DNA of 63,269 nucleotides, filler included, from Octopus bimaculoides (taxonomy: Eukaryota), in assembly GCF_001194135.2 (NCBI RefSeq). It is 4 parts of 4 records of this genome, joined end to end, with 100 filler letters (N's around TTAATTAATTAA, not from the genome) between each part and the next. Parts side by side here need not be neighbours in the genome. Positions count along the whole stretch, not along the records: positions 19,491 to 27,243 come from NC_068982.1; positions 27,344 to 57,769 come from NC_068995.1; 2 more parts are not named here. One strand, given 5' to 3'. Numbering within the stretch: the stretch's first letter is position 1; every line of letters starts with the position of its first letter. The position numbers and the translations under genes were made by a program. The notes beneath the pieces were generated by a model. It ran no database searches and was not told the DNA's origin. It worked only from the letters and a program-made list of their open reading frames with translations. This document shows, one piece after another, positions 22,646 to 35,904 of the stretch.

Positions 22646-24359
22646 TCCATTTACCCCGATGCATGTATCAGCATTTATCATCTTAGATCATTGCTTCTCA
22701 ACCGGAGTCTATATATGACCCTTGGTGGTCCATGTAAAATTCTGTTGCTAAAGTTTAACTGCAATAAGTTGGTTATACTTTTACAACACACTAAACATTT
22801 TAACAACGTTTTTATACAATTCCTTATAATATTCAATTATAAAAATATAATAGGATTTTTTAAAAAATCGAACGGCTTGGAGGGCCCATCCAACTAGAAT
22901 ATGTATCAAACGGGCCCATATGCAAATAAAAAAAAATTTCAGAAATACTGCGTTAGACGATGGGTATTTATAGCATAAAGTATAAGAGGACTTCGCAAAA
23001 CCGCGATGTTTCGACTTCAATGCTTGTCCTCTCAGTCAAAGCTACCCTCCGAACAATGAACCTAACAAGAATACAGGTTCTTGTTTATAGAAATTAACTA
23101 CCAAGAATTTGCTGATGCGTGCTGATGTGTACTAAACAGATAATAATCCCCAAGTTAATTGAAAAACAGCAGCGATCAAATATATCCCGCTCGCAAAACG
23201 TATTGACAATGATTAGATACCTTATTGTTTGTTTTTTTACTGTTTTACATTCACCTCATGCTTTTTTTTTACAATAATTAAATTTTAAATAACTAATTTT
23301 AAAGGCATTCAGACAAGGTGTGAATTTTTTAAAGCAACAATTTTTTCTTTTAAAATCCGCGTTGAATCCGAATATCTCTTGAGACTTAGTAGAGCGAGAA
23401 CTATTTCCCTGCTGACTTAAATAAGAGAACATTAAAAGTGTAGTCATTGATAAACTGTACCTTATAAAAAAAAAACAGAAAGTACTGGCTGGAATAATTT
23501 CTTAGTCTTACTCCTTCAGCGATGACCAAGTGCTAAATAAAATCATTAAAATACGAAAGCAGCCGTACAAAATATTACACAAAAATACAATTCAGAACAA
23601 TGAAAACTTTATTATAATTCCCTATTTCAGTCATAGTAAAATTCACATTTAACAACATCACCACCAACCACTGTAATACATATTCCTCCATCACCTACCA
23701 CATCCATTGATGCTACTCTGAGTAAACGAAGGAAAACCAGTTGAGTCGCTATACCATCTTAAAAATCTCTTACTATCTTAAAAATGTAAGAATATGTTGG
23801 GCAAGGTAGTTTTAAATATAAGAAAGGCGGAATGGTCACTATTGGGATATTTTTAATTATAAGATCTATTGAGAACTGGTCTACAGCTAAGCGACAACAG
23901 CCATTCCACCACCAGCGATAATAACGACCAATATCGCCATTTACAATTTTAAAAACACATTACGCCTGACTTCAACTTTCAACCTAGTGGATATAAGGTA
24001 TATCAGAAGCACTTGGCCTGTGGATCAAATCCTGTCATTTCCTCCACTGTGTACCTGCAATACGTTTTGAGCAGGGATCAGCAAGCCACACAACAACAAC
24101 AACAAATAGCAATCAAATCACTACCTGAACGACATCAACATAAACTCCGCAAAATCTCGAGAAACCTCGTTGGTATCACCTGTTATGTTATGAATTAAAG
24201 ATGCAACCTCTTGATGGGAAACTCATACAAAGACAATGAAAACAGATTTGATAATTTACCCTGGGGTATATTGTGCCCGAAAAAATATGTATTTGGTCTC
24301 AGGTGGAAAAAGTTTAATGAAAGGCCTGCTTGATCAAGGTTGACTTGGGACGAAACAAC

Positions 24360-24750
24360 AATGACTATGATAACAACAACAACAACGACGACGACGACGA
24401 TACGACTAAAACAACAACAGTCACAACAATAAACAACCGCAACAGTAATAGCGTCAACAGCAGCAACAAGAAAGCAACATGAACAACTGCAAAAAGTAAC
24501 AACGACAGCAATAAGTACGACAACAAACAACAACAGCAGCAGCAGCAGCAGCAGCAGCAGATGCAGCAACAATAACAACAACAATATCCCTTGGTAATCA
24601 CACCATCATTTCAATGACTTCATTACTAGAACACGTTCAGCATCGACCACTAATCATCCCTTCTGTAATTTTCCTCATCATTATCATCATCATCGTCAAC
24701 ACCATTTCATAATTCATTTCACCACCTCATTCATCATCATTATCATCAGC
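24360..24750. repeat. (AAC)/(CAG)/(CAT) trinucleotide-rich tract
   Basis: Direct. Confidence 0.85.
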
Positions 24751-25014
24751 AGCATGATAATTTGGAACCAAAATAAATACTTCTTTCACTCACCTTACCC
24801 TCCACTACCCCTTTCTTCTCCTCTTCTAACCCGTCGTCCTGGTTGCCACCGTGGTGGTGGTCGCCACCATCATGGTAATAAATAGGTGTAGCCAGAAGGC
24901 CAGAGCCGATAATCCTGCTCAAAAGCCCAATAGTTTGCTGTCGTCGTGATAAATCGACAAACGACGCTGTGCATGCAAGCAGACTAGTCTCTGGTCGAGC
25001 ATGTATAGCCGTGT

Positions 25015-25165
25015 GGTGAAGAGAGAGAAAGGGAAAGAGAGCGTGTGCAAGAGAAAGAGAGAGATACAGATACAGAGAGAGGAAGATAGTGTAGTGAGGC
25101 GATGGGGTTGTGGTCGATGAAGGGAATAACTCTATGGTGGAGAAAGGTGTAAAATAGGAGATATG

Positions 25166-25202
<37 letters not shown>

Positions 25203-25690
25203 GAGGAAAGGAGAGAAACAGAGATAGAGAGAGGGAGAGACAAAGAGAGGGAGAAACAGTAGGGCCCAGTGGGTGGAGAAACTAGGAAAATGATAGGTTT
25301 TGAGAGGGAACATTATGGATTTGGGTATTAGGGAAAAGTGTTTGGGGGGAGTGGAGTAAAGTGAGAGAAGGAAAAAAAATGAAGACGTAGAAAAAATAGT
25401 GGGGGAGAGAGATAGAGAGAGAATGAAAGAGAACGATAAAGAGAGAATAAATGTGAATGGGAGAGGAGATAGGTTCCTAGGAAGATTGAGGAAAGAATAA
25501 AAGCCTGAAGGAAATAGAAAGAGAAGCAATATGGAAAGGAGATGAGATGGGGGAAGAAAGGATGAGGGACAGCGGGGTGGGGGACGGTTTATTGGGAAAG
25601 AGAAAGAAACTGAGAAATAAGAAGTAACGGAGATGGGAAAGAAAATGATTGAGAACCGAAGGATCAAAAGAGAAGACAAAGCGTAAAATG
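25015..25690. repeat. Purine-rich tract including (GATA)n and (GA)n
   Basis: About 670 bp dominated by A/G on the plus strand. Confidence 0.85.
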
Positions 25691-25701
25691 CTACACTATG
25701 T

Positions 25702-25733
<32 letters not shown>

Positions 25734-25790
25734 TCACATGTGACCTCACAAATGTGCACCCATATATACATATGCATGCACATACGTACG

Positions 25791-25854
<64 letters not shown>

Positions 25855-25904
25855 TAGATTTGAGTGTATATTTGTATGTATATATATGTGTTTATATATA
25901 GGTA

Positions 25905-26330
25905 CAGGGTGTTCGTACTAAATTTGACGGGTTTTTGTCTCTTTTTTTTGTCAGGAGCAGCTTGATGTATTGGTGAACAGTCAACGGCGTTAGAGAGCAT
26001 AAAGATTAAAGTTATAGTTGAAGAGAAGTTAGTTGACATAGCAGGCTTGAAGTCATCTGAATATTGGAGAAGTGTTACTTGTATTACCAGGTATCAAAAT
26101 GCCGACATCGTGACTGTTGCTCAATGCTCTGTGAACACTAAAGTGTACAAAACGTGACATAGACAGCGGCAACGGGACTACGAAGATGCGGCCAGCAAGA
26201 AGGCTAGACTTTGGATGTGTTGCCAGTGAGGGTGCCGTCATCCCACTTCACATCATTGAGAAGGGACTTACGCTCAATTCGGACGGTTAAGTAAGGTTAC
26301 TGGAGACTGTGGTCAAAACCAGCTTAGAAA
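25905..26330 (+). mobile_element. DD37D/maT-like Tc1-mariner remnant: 5' TIR plus internally deleted transposase
   Basis: TA-CAGGGTGTTCG terminus. 26205-26320 translates as FGCVASEGAVIPLHIIEKGLTLNSDG*VRLLETVVK, homologous to FGVITSDSDVMPPFIFPQG at 57548. Confidence 0.65.
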
Positions 26331-26940
26331 GGGTTGATGCTGCAAGGCTATTTCGTACTTAAGCGGGTTGTATCTATCTATCTTTTCGCCTTCTTTTTTT
26401 ACTTTTCGTCGGTCAAAGGGGCATGCAGAGTCAACTGTATAGCATATGCGAGGCACCTTGTCCACCACCACTAGGTCCGGTCTGTTATGCTCTAACGCCT
26501 GATCTGTTTGGATTGGGAAATCCTTGAGGATTTTGAAAGTCTCCGACTCTGCCACTCTCAGCGGTATGTGCTCATATCACGTCTTGTCTCTCTCTATCCT
26601 CCGCTTTTTGCACAGTTTCCCCTGTAGCACTTTCGCTACCTAGTCGTGTCGCCATAAATTATAGTAGTTTTGGGCAAGTCTATGGCATTCGTTCGTGATA
26701 TGAGCAATGGTTTCATCCACTCTATTGCAGGTGCGCCACAGCGGAGACACTTGCTCATTCCTCAGGTTGACCCTCCAGTTCGTGGCCAGACCTGGTCCTG
26801 CGCTGCCAGTGTAGTGCTCTCGGTCTATCTCCCACCTATTTTTCCCATCAAATTCGGTTGTGGCTACATTGAATTGATTGTGTAGTCCCTTCTTGCATAA
26901 TTCTTCTTCATATCCTTTTTGTACTTCTTCCTTTGTTTTC
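26330..26940 (-). mobile_element. Older RLE-type non-LTR retrotransposon C-terminus (zinc finger plus restriction-like endonuclease)
   Basis: KGLHNQF...VSPLWRTCNRVDETIAHITNECHRLAQ...RHD*VAK...LCKK...YEH.P...KILKDFPIQTD...EHNRPDLVVVDK...D.ACP.D...KEGEKIDRY: R2/R4/NeSL-type CCHC and PD-D motifs, with stops. Confidence 0.88.
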
Positions 26941-26943
26941 CCT

Positions 26944-27243
26944 TTATTATTATTATTATTATTCAGTAGTTTTATTTTTATAACGTGCTTTCACTTCACT
27001 ACCGAGCGCAGCTGTGGGCGCCTTGGGTATGTGCTGTGGTTTGCTGTGGTGCTCTTATGGTTACTGTATTGAAAGTGTTTTGCTTGGATGTGTGCAGTGC
27101 CCAGTAGTGCAATTTTCTGTATGTTATATATATTTGTAAGTCCTGGTGTTTTTGTTATGTATTTGTCTGAATATTTTTTTATTATACCTAAGGCACCTAC
27201 TATGATAGGAATTGTTTCTGTTTTTAGATTCCACATTCGAGTT
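26944..27243 (-). mobile_element. Younger R4/Dong-like LINE 3' end with (TAA)n tail
   Basis: MWNLKTETIPIIVGALGIIKK...IQKIALLGTAHI is a typical RLE ORF end. The 3' UTR ends in (AAT)n at 26944-26963; the 5' side runs into a gap. Confidence 0.88.
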
Positions 27244-27343
27244 NNNNNNNNNNNNNNNNNNNNNNNNNNNNNNNNNNNNNNNNNNNNTTAATTAATTAAN
27301 NNNNNNNNNNNNNNNNNNNNNNNNNNNNNNNNNNNNNNNNNNN

Positions 27344-27381
<38 letters not shown>

Positions 27382-27454
27382 TTACATATATATAAATATA
27401 CTTATATACATACATATGCGTATATATAGTCGAAACTATATGTAAATATATGTA

Positions 27455-28346
27455 TAGTGTGCAGTGAATAAAGTGTTGTCTAAATTACACAAATATGAAA
27501 ATGACACTGACATCTTATTTTAAACGTCATATTTAAAAAAAATTACATAAAAATATCTTGAAATACTAACGAGTAAATTTATTCTATAAAATCGCCATTG
27601 GCTTCAGCCACGGCCTCCAGACTACTTTGGAATCTCCTGTAACTCATCTTGATGGTCTCCTTCTGTATTTTAGTGAATGCTGCCATAATCTTTGCCTTGA
27701 GTTCATCTCTGGTATTACAATCTGTTTTGTTGGTCTCTCACTCAACTGCGCCCCCACACATAGCAATCAAGGAGGATGCAATCTGGGGAGTTAGGTGGCT
27801 AGATGTTAGGGGTGATGTGGTCGCAAAAATTGACTGACAATCATGACTGGTTTCTCCTACTTGTGTGGTATGCTACAGAGTCCAGTTCTCAGATATGGGA
27901 TCTTCCAGCAGCCACTCACTTCACCCAGGGCAGCACTACCTCATCCAGGCACTTAATGTAGGCCTTCTTGTTGAGTCTGAAGCCGTGTGGGACGATGAGT
28001 GGACGCTTAACGTTGCCATCGAAAGTGATCACTCCAAAAACCACGATGTTGACTGGATGTTTGATTCTGATCACTCTCGGCACATGTCCTCAGGTTCCAA
28101 TGTCCTCAGATTGGCACTCAAATACTCTGAAATGTTCGTATTGGAACTTTCGACACGAATGCCAATCAGTAGATTATGTCATTTCCAAATTTGTGGTCGA
28201 GTGAATTGCGCCATGGTGCTGTTTTTTTCGCAATGACGGTGCTCAGCTGACCCTACTATACTCCATAGTCCAGAAAATCAAACACAACAATGCGCATGCA
28301 CGAAATTAAAAATATAAAATGGTCACTGTTTACCCATCGCATCCTG
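27455..28346 (-). mobile_element. DD37D/maT-like transposon, internally deleted, both ends present
   Basis: TA flanks and degenerate TIRs. Minus strand encodes MAQFTRPQIWK..., then jumps to KHPVNIVVFGVITFDG...YIKCLDEVVLPW...PPNSPDC..LD.YVWGAV...FQSSLEAVAEANGDFIE*. Confidence 0.88.
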
Positions 28347-28626
28347 TATATATATGTATATATGTATATGCATATATATATATATATATANNNNNNNNNN
28401 NNNNNNNNNNNNNNNNNNNNNNNNNNNNNNNNNNNNNNNNNNNNNNNNNNNNNNNNNNNNNNNNNNNNNNNNNNNNNNNNNNNNNNNNNNNNNNNNNNNN
28501 NNNNNNNNNNNNNNNNNNNNNNNNNNNNNNNNNNNNNNNNNNNNNNNNNNNNNNNNNNNNNNNNNNNNNNNNNNNNNNNNNNNNNNNNNNNNNNNNNNNN
28601 NNNNNNNNNNNNNNNNNNNNNNNNNN

Positions 28627-28666
<40 letters not shown>

Positions 28667-28992
28667 TATATGTATGCATAAACATAAACAAACACATAAA
28701 CTAGTAAAGAAGTATGAACAGCACCACCTCTACCAATGCAGATATAACCGTCAATAAAGATTATATACATTTGTGGATGGATATTCTACACGCATGCATA
28801 CGCATAGAGAATCAGCCACCCATGCATGTAAATGCACAGACACACACACAAGTATTACATGGTACATGAAATTTCACATTGGAGTGATGCCACACACACA
28901 CACACACACACACTCACAGACACTCACAGACACTCTCACAGTCACACATACATTTCAATTATACACATACATACATACATACATACATACGT

Positions 28993-29480
28993 ACATCGCA
29001 TCCGTCATCGATTACCGTCTGACCGTCGTGCCTTGTCCCGACCCTATCATCACCAAACTAGAACGCATACTCTTCCGCTTTTTGTGGAAGGGAAGCTTTC
29101 TGATGACTAGGTGACCCATTTGCTGTTAACACTCGCTAAATAGAGGGCTAGGCATCCCGTGGTTGATGATGCACAGACATGCGCTGAGACTGCGACATCT
29201 CCAGCGCTTCATAGACAACGGTGACCAGGTGCTGATGCCGTTTGTGCGGTGCGCTTTCCCACAGCTCGTCTCCTTAGCCGAACTGCAGTCATGGATCAAT
29301 CAAACAGAGACCGAGGCTAGGCGAATGACACTGCGAGTGTCGCATTGCTCTCAAGCAACTCTGCCGTCTGGGACCAAACTTGTGCGACTTCAATTCCACA
29401 AAATCATTCTATAGAGGGTTAGTAGAGGGGAGGTGTGGCGGCGTTCTCGAGCAGAATCTGGGCGTCGACGATGAACACCT
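28993..29480 (+). mobile_element. L1/Tx1-like LINE ORF2 fragment (post-RT region)
   Basis: IASVIDYRLTVVPCP...LERILFRFLWKG...RGLGIP...ALRLRHL: FLW and GGLG-type motifs of L1/Tx1 ORF2, with stops and a frameshift. Confidence 0.8.
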
Positions 29481-30483
29481 GTAAAAAATCACACATACAC
29501 ACACACACACACACTCAAAAAGTAAAAACACACATATACACACAATACAATACAAACAATCATAACAAACGCTCACAAACACACAGATATACACACATAC
29601 ACATAAGCATGCACATATACAATTACACACACCTCCCCGACAAATACAAGACACATAGACACACTCACACAAATACATCTACAAGTATACACACACCCTG
29701 CACTAACAATACAAACCTAACAAATCACTCACAAATACAGCATACATACACATATACACACACGCCCGGAAAATTATATAAACCATACCCACATATTTGC
29801 ACACTCACACACAAACGCATACCCAGTACCAACATGCACAGCACGTACACGCACACACATACACACCACACGGATAAATACAACGCACTCACACATACAT
29901 AAACACCCACATACACCCACACACACATACATTTTCACCCTCATACACACATACAGTAGCTCTCTCTCTCTCACACACACATACACATACACACCATCAG
30001 GACAATTATAACAACATAAACATACTCAGACAGACAGACAGACAGACACACGCACACACATACACACTCACGTACACACACACTCACGTACACACACATA
30101 ACATCCCCACCAACGCAAAACACACAAACATACACACGCACACACACAGACACACACACACAGAGGCACACTCACAGACGCACACACACAGACGCACACA
30201 CACGCGCGAACAAACACATATAAACATGCATACACACAACACCTAGACAAATACTATTCCCATACATACACACACACACTACCAGGACAATTATAACAGC
30301 ACATACATACTCAGACAGAGACACACACACACTCACGTACACACACATAACATCTCCACCAAAGCAAAAAGCACAGACATAAACACACACAAATAAACAC
30401 ATACGAACAAATACATCCACACACATGCGCACAAACAACACTCTGATAAATACTAATCACACACACACACACATACACACACA

Positions 30484-30525
<42 letters not shown>
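29480..30525. repeat. Degenerate CA-rich satellite with an internal ~110-140 bp duplication
   Basis: CAGGACAATTATAACA...CATACTCAGACAGA...CTCACGTACACACACATAACATC occurs at ~29995-30125 and ~30280-30375. Confidence 0.85.
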
Positions 30526-31497
30526 NNNNNNNNNNNNNNNNNNNNNNNNNNNNNNNNNNNNNNNNNNNNNNNNNNNNNNNNNNNNNNNNNNNNNNNNNNN
30601 NNNNNNNNNNNNNNNNNNNNNNNNNNNNNNNNNNNNNNNNNNNNNNNNNNNNNNNNNNNNNNNNNNNNNNNNNNNNNNNNNNNNNNNNNNNNNNNNNNNN
30701 NNNNNNNNNNNNNNNNNNNNNNNNNNNNNNNNNNNNNNNNNNNNNNNNNNNNNNNNNNNNNNNNNNNNNNNNNNNNNNNNNNNNNNNNNNNNNNNNNNNN
30801 NNNNNNNNNNNNNNNNNNNNNNNNNNNNNNNNNNNNNNNNNNNNNNNNNNNNNNNNNNNNNNNNNNNNNNNNNNNNNNNNNNNNNNNNNNNNNNNNNNNN
30901 NNNNNNNNNNNNNNNNNNNNNNNNNNNNNNNNNNNNNNNNNNNNNNNNNNNNNNNNNNNNNNNNNNNNNNNNNNNNNNNNNNNNNNNNNNNNNNNNNNNN
31001 NNNNNNNNNNNNNNNNNNNNNNNNNNNNNNNNNNNNNNNNNNNNNNNNNNNNNNNNNNNNNNNNNNNNNNNNNNNNNNNNNNNNNNNNNNNNNNNNNNNN
31101 NNNNNNNNNNNNNNNNNNNNNNNNNNNNNNNNNNNNNNNNNNNNNNNNNNNNNNNNNNNNNNNNNNNNNNNNNNNNNNNNNNNNNNNNNNNNNNNNNNNN
31201 NNNNNNNNNNNNNNNNNNNNNNNNNNNNNNNNNNNNNNNNNNNNNNNNNNNNNNNNNNNNNNNNNNNNNNNNNNNNNNNNNNNNNNNNNNNNNNNNNNNN
31301 NNNNNNNNNNNNNNNNNNNNNNNNNNNNNNNNNNNNNNNNNNNNNNNNNNNNNNNNNNNNNNNTAGGTAGTTTCTAAGAGCATGAACTTATAAAAGTATT
31401 TCCAGACGGTTAACTCTGTAATAATTGCTTTCTTTTAGTAATTTTAGTAATTGTTACATACCTAATTAATAAGCAGCGTCTCCATTATAGTGTGTAT

Positions 31498-31552
<55 letters not shown>

Positions 31553-32084
31553 TATGGGCCAGAGGTTTGGAATGAGCTGACTTATAAGTAGAAACCAGTA
31601 GTGAGTGTTATAGACAGAAAAGTTTTATTTCATTTTATATGGTTATTGTATGTGATCGTTATATGTTATTCTTGTAACAGAATAAAAGAATATAGACCTA
31701 TCTAGATATATTTAGACACACACATACACACACATTCATAAATGGGCCATAGCAAATTCGAAACAGCTCCGTTTCTTTAACCAATTAATTTGAAAAAGAG
31801 AACTCATTCCTAAAATTATGGTTTCAATTTTTCAATTTACAAACAATAAAAAATTGTAGTTGGTATCATATAAATTATCTATTTTGCTTGTTGATTTCGC
31901 GTCTTAAAGACTTTCTGGGGGGATTTTGAATCTTAATCCCCGCAAAATTCCAAGGCAAATACGTCACTTCTGCTTTCGTTATCATATATGTATGACTCTA
32001 CCATATATGTATAACAAATATAGCGCACCATCTTGGAGTTCTTCCCTATAAGCTCTTTTAGATCTTCTACATATGTGTGAAATT

Positions 32085-32220
32085 CTGTCTGTAGGTGTGT
32101 TTGTGGAGTTGTTAGCTAACTCCTCCTACATCGTTTTATCGATTTTGATGAAACTTAACATGTGAGTAGAACTCGTATCTGGAAACCTAATGGCATGCTC
32201 AGATTGTTGAAAAAAATCGA
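32085..32220 (+). mobile_element. Helentron/DINE-1-like non-autonomous fragment
   Basis: CTGTCTGT..TGTGTTTG...AACTCCTCC...CGATTTTGATGAAACTT resembles the DINE-1/HINE core. Recalled motif only. Confidence 0.4.
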
Positions 32221-32227
32221 TAATAGG

Positions 32228-32343
32228 GCCCCTGGAAGGGATCCTTATATATATCTAATATATTTCATTTTAAAAATCAAGGGAAATAATCCATTCGCCC
32301 CTGGAAGGGATCCTTATATCTAGCCAAGGGAAATAATCCATTC
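32228..32343. repeat. Imperfect tandem duplication (69-bp and 47-bp units)
   Basis: GCCCCTGGAAGGGATCCTTATAT at 32228 and 32297; CAAGGGAAATAATCCATTC at 32278 and 32325. Confidence 0.9.
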
Positions 32344-35300
32344 ATTTTCCTAAATTATTTGGTAAAAATGAAGTTAAATATGTTTATTTCTTAGTATTTG
32401 AACTGTTAACTTTATTTTCGCAATTTCTCCAGTACAACCCTTAAACAACTAAATAGTATTTTCCTAAACAATAGATTCACTTATTTCAGTTAGTGACTCA
32501 TTCACGAATATACCAACACTAGTTCCCCTGAGGGTAATATTCTCTGGGACTGCACAAGAGCACTTTTCAGAGTTATTTACTTTGATTTGTTATTATCTCA
32601 TATCGGATTAGCCAGTTTTTACGTAACATACTTGGCATACCTACATTATTAGTATTTCCTCCTATGTTCTATATACTCTCGGAACGCATTAAAGCTCTTT
32701 TCGGGGCTACTTTATTTGAATTCTTACAATCGGGTAACTAATTTCATGTTATTACATAACTGACTTCACAATTTGGGTATTCATAACTTATTGGGGATTC
32801 CTAAAAACAAGATCCTGTGTAAGACAGCTCGGTATCCTCTGTAAATACACAAAAACCGTTTTAAGGGCTACATAGTTTCTATTGGTGCTATTGGATTAGC
32901 GAAACAATTATGACTAAGGAACCTTTCTTAGAAGTATCATCATATATAAAAAACATAGCCAATAAAAATCAACAGCTGGAAATATTCCAGAGCGAAAACA
33001 AGTTAAGATCCTTTACAAAGCACTTCCTAGAAAATGTTTATACAACGCAAACCCGACCTAACCACATTTAAAAACGTTAAGCATAACATTGTTGAAAGTA
33101 AACGGAAATAATAAAATATACATTAAAACATCGATGTGTAATAAAGGAAAATATTCTAAGAAATACTATAAGATCATATGAATGCGTGAAGCCGCAAAGA
33201 ACTCTATTCTTGGCAATAATAATAAAGATATTAATTTTTATTAAAGACAAACGTTTCAATTCCTTGCCGGTATGCGAAGGCCAGGGACCCATTCTCTACC
33301 TCTAAAATAGGGCATTAAAATAGTCCGCAATACCGACTAAAAGTATATCTCTTCTATCAATATCCCAACGCTTCAAGTGAAGTATTAACCAGTTTGCCAA
33401 CATTAGTTAGAGTGGGTTGTAAGACGCATAGGCACTGCTCCATCTTTAGTAGACTAAATGGTAACATTACATGTCAACAATGAAAATGTATTGATATCTA
33501 TATCTACAAGTGACTATAACCAACAAGACATTATGAGAAAACTAATAAATGTTAATGTTGCAGAAATGTTATAAAAGTTCATATATATATGTTTGTGTGT
33601 GTAGTTCATATCTCCATGAAAACAAACTAACATCGAACACCATGAATAGAAAACTGATGAAATAAAGTTTGTATTAAAATAACCAGACATAAAAATGAAA
33701 TAAATATAACTGTCTCAAATTGTCTAATTTAAACAACTATACAAATAACATAAGAAAGACAAAAATCAATGAAATGAAATCTAGAAGACCAGAAATGAAG
33801 AGAGTGTGAAAGCATATGAAATAAGACAATACATTAATCATGTTGAAGCAATTATAAATGAAACCTGTATATGAGGTCACACAGCGCTCACAAATATCTC
33901 CTAAAAATGCAGAATTATGGAAAATAACTAGAAAAAAAAATCAGAATTTCTATATCATCGTTTAATAAATTTAAAGTTTCTCATATACGGATATATTTTA
34001 CTTTGTCATGAAAAACTTATAAGATTAATTGGTTTATTTTTGCTAGGAGAGAAGCCAATTCTTGACGGAATAAGTAATTAAGAAAATGGGTCTCAATATG
34101 CTGCTGGAAATATTTATCATTAAAAGCGACCGCGTGAGGCATAAACAGTAGAATGGTGGGTTAAATGTCTGGTGGAATTTATTTTAGATAACTGTATAAG
34201 CTGAAGTTCTACAGCCGTTGAAATTTTACGTTTGTCTGTTTGTAAGTGAATAACGTGTTTAAAGGATAGATGTGAGCCCGATTTACTTGACTCCAAATAC
34301 TCCTCAAAAATGTTTTTTGCATTATTTTAGAAATCATTATTAAATACTGTGCTAGGATAAAAAAAAAAACATTTGGCTAGTATGGAAATGGAGTGTAGAA
34401 CATAAAAAATTCAGTTTCATATGAACGGTGTAAATAAAACTATAAAAATATACAATTGATGTCTAAAAGTGAAACGAACAAGATTTTTTATTTGCATACA
34501 AACACAAAACCACCCCAGCATCATCACCACCGCCACCATCACACGCACAGTGTTTTTTTCTTAGAATCCTTTGTGAGTTTTAAAGATGCATCGTTCAGTC
34601 ATATCAACAAACGGTAAACATTGTACTGAAGTGGCTGAATATACCAGATACACTTGTACCCGTAGGTTTTGTGACAATGTTAACCCGATAGTTTATGTGG
34701 CAGGAATGGCTATTTGAGCTGAATATAATGTCTACCCGCTGAAGTTTCGCATAACCTCTATCTCTTCAGATTACGGTTAAAATGCTTGGGTGAATCCGAG
34801 ACTGTCGTAGAAAAAATGTCCACTACGACTGAATTCCAGATCTGAAGATCACGGAGAGAAATTTCTTCACTGTTCAACATACCTGCTTCCAACGCACATT
34901 TTTATGCATTCTAAGCTCGCTTGCTTTGCTTATTTAATAATAATTTCCATCATATACAAAAACCAAATGGTTTACTAAATTGCTTTGTGTATGTGAAATG
35001 TTTAATTACAATGCTTTATTCTGGCGGGATGGTGCGCCCCTAGACTTTACAAACTCCCGGAGATAGATTAGATCAGGATGCAAAACTGTTCCACTAGAAC
35101 CGATAGAAATTATCAGCTGTACAAGGGAGTTAATCTGAAAATTTCTGGAGGCGAATGAAGGGTCAAAGTGTTCATTGATGCCTGGGGATGCCACACACAA
35201 GCTAGGTGATGAGAGAAGGCTCAAGTAAGTCGGGAGTACCTGAGAGGAGGTGACACTGGACCTGTCAGAGCTAAGGAACAGAAACCGTTCCAAGATGACA

Positions 35301-35392
35301 GAAAAGTAATGTGAGGAAAAATCAAATTCTGGGTACCAAAGGTTGATGTGAGAAGAAAGTAAATTTTAAGTTAATATAATAAATTTTGTTAA

Positions 35393-35600
35393 TGCGGTGT
35401 TCTGGCAGAGTCGTTAGCACGCTGGCCAAAATCTTTAGCGGTATTTTGTCCGTCTTTGCGTTGTAAGTTCAAATTCAGCTAAGTACGACTTTGCTTTTTA
35501 TCCTTTCGTGTTGATAAGTACCAGTTGGGATAGATATAATCGATTTATTCCCTCCCCCAAAATTGCTGGCCTTGTGCCAAAATGTTAAACCATTATCAGT
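35393..35600 (+). mobile_element. Family C SINE
   Basis: TGGCAGAGTCG (A-box-like), GTTCAAATTC (B box) and a body homologous to other family C copies. Confidence 0.78.
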
Positions 35601-35865
35601 CTTTAATAGGTACAGCATCTTCTCTACCTTCAGTATTTTACCTGTTTCAGTTATTGGACAGCGACCATGATGGATTACCATCTTGAAAGGTACAGTCGAA
35701 TAACTCGAAGCCATCACTTGTATTTTTAGAGAGTGGTACTTATGCTACAGGACACTTTTGCTGAACCACCAAATTATGGGGACATAAGCAAACCGATACA
35801 GGTTGTTAAGCGGTGCTGGGACATAGATACAAACACAGTGGCATACACGCATGTGTACATGCACA

Positions 35866-35904
<39 letters not shown>

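Noticed and set aside
23000-23040. Minus-strand CTGA-GAGGAC...GTC-GAAAC
   Set aside because: Core position 7 is missing and no stem I partner exists; at best an unrecoverable relic.
35006-35293. 95-aa minus-strand ORF in moderately GC-rich sequence
   Set aside because: No motif match or coherent exon boundaries.
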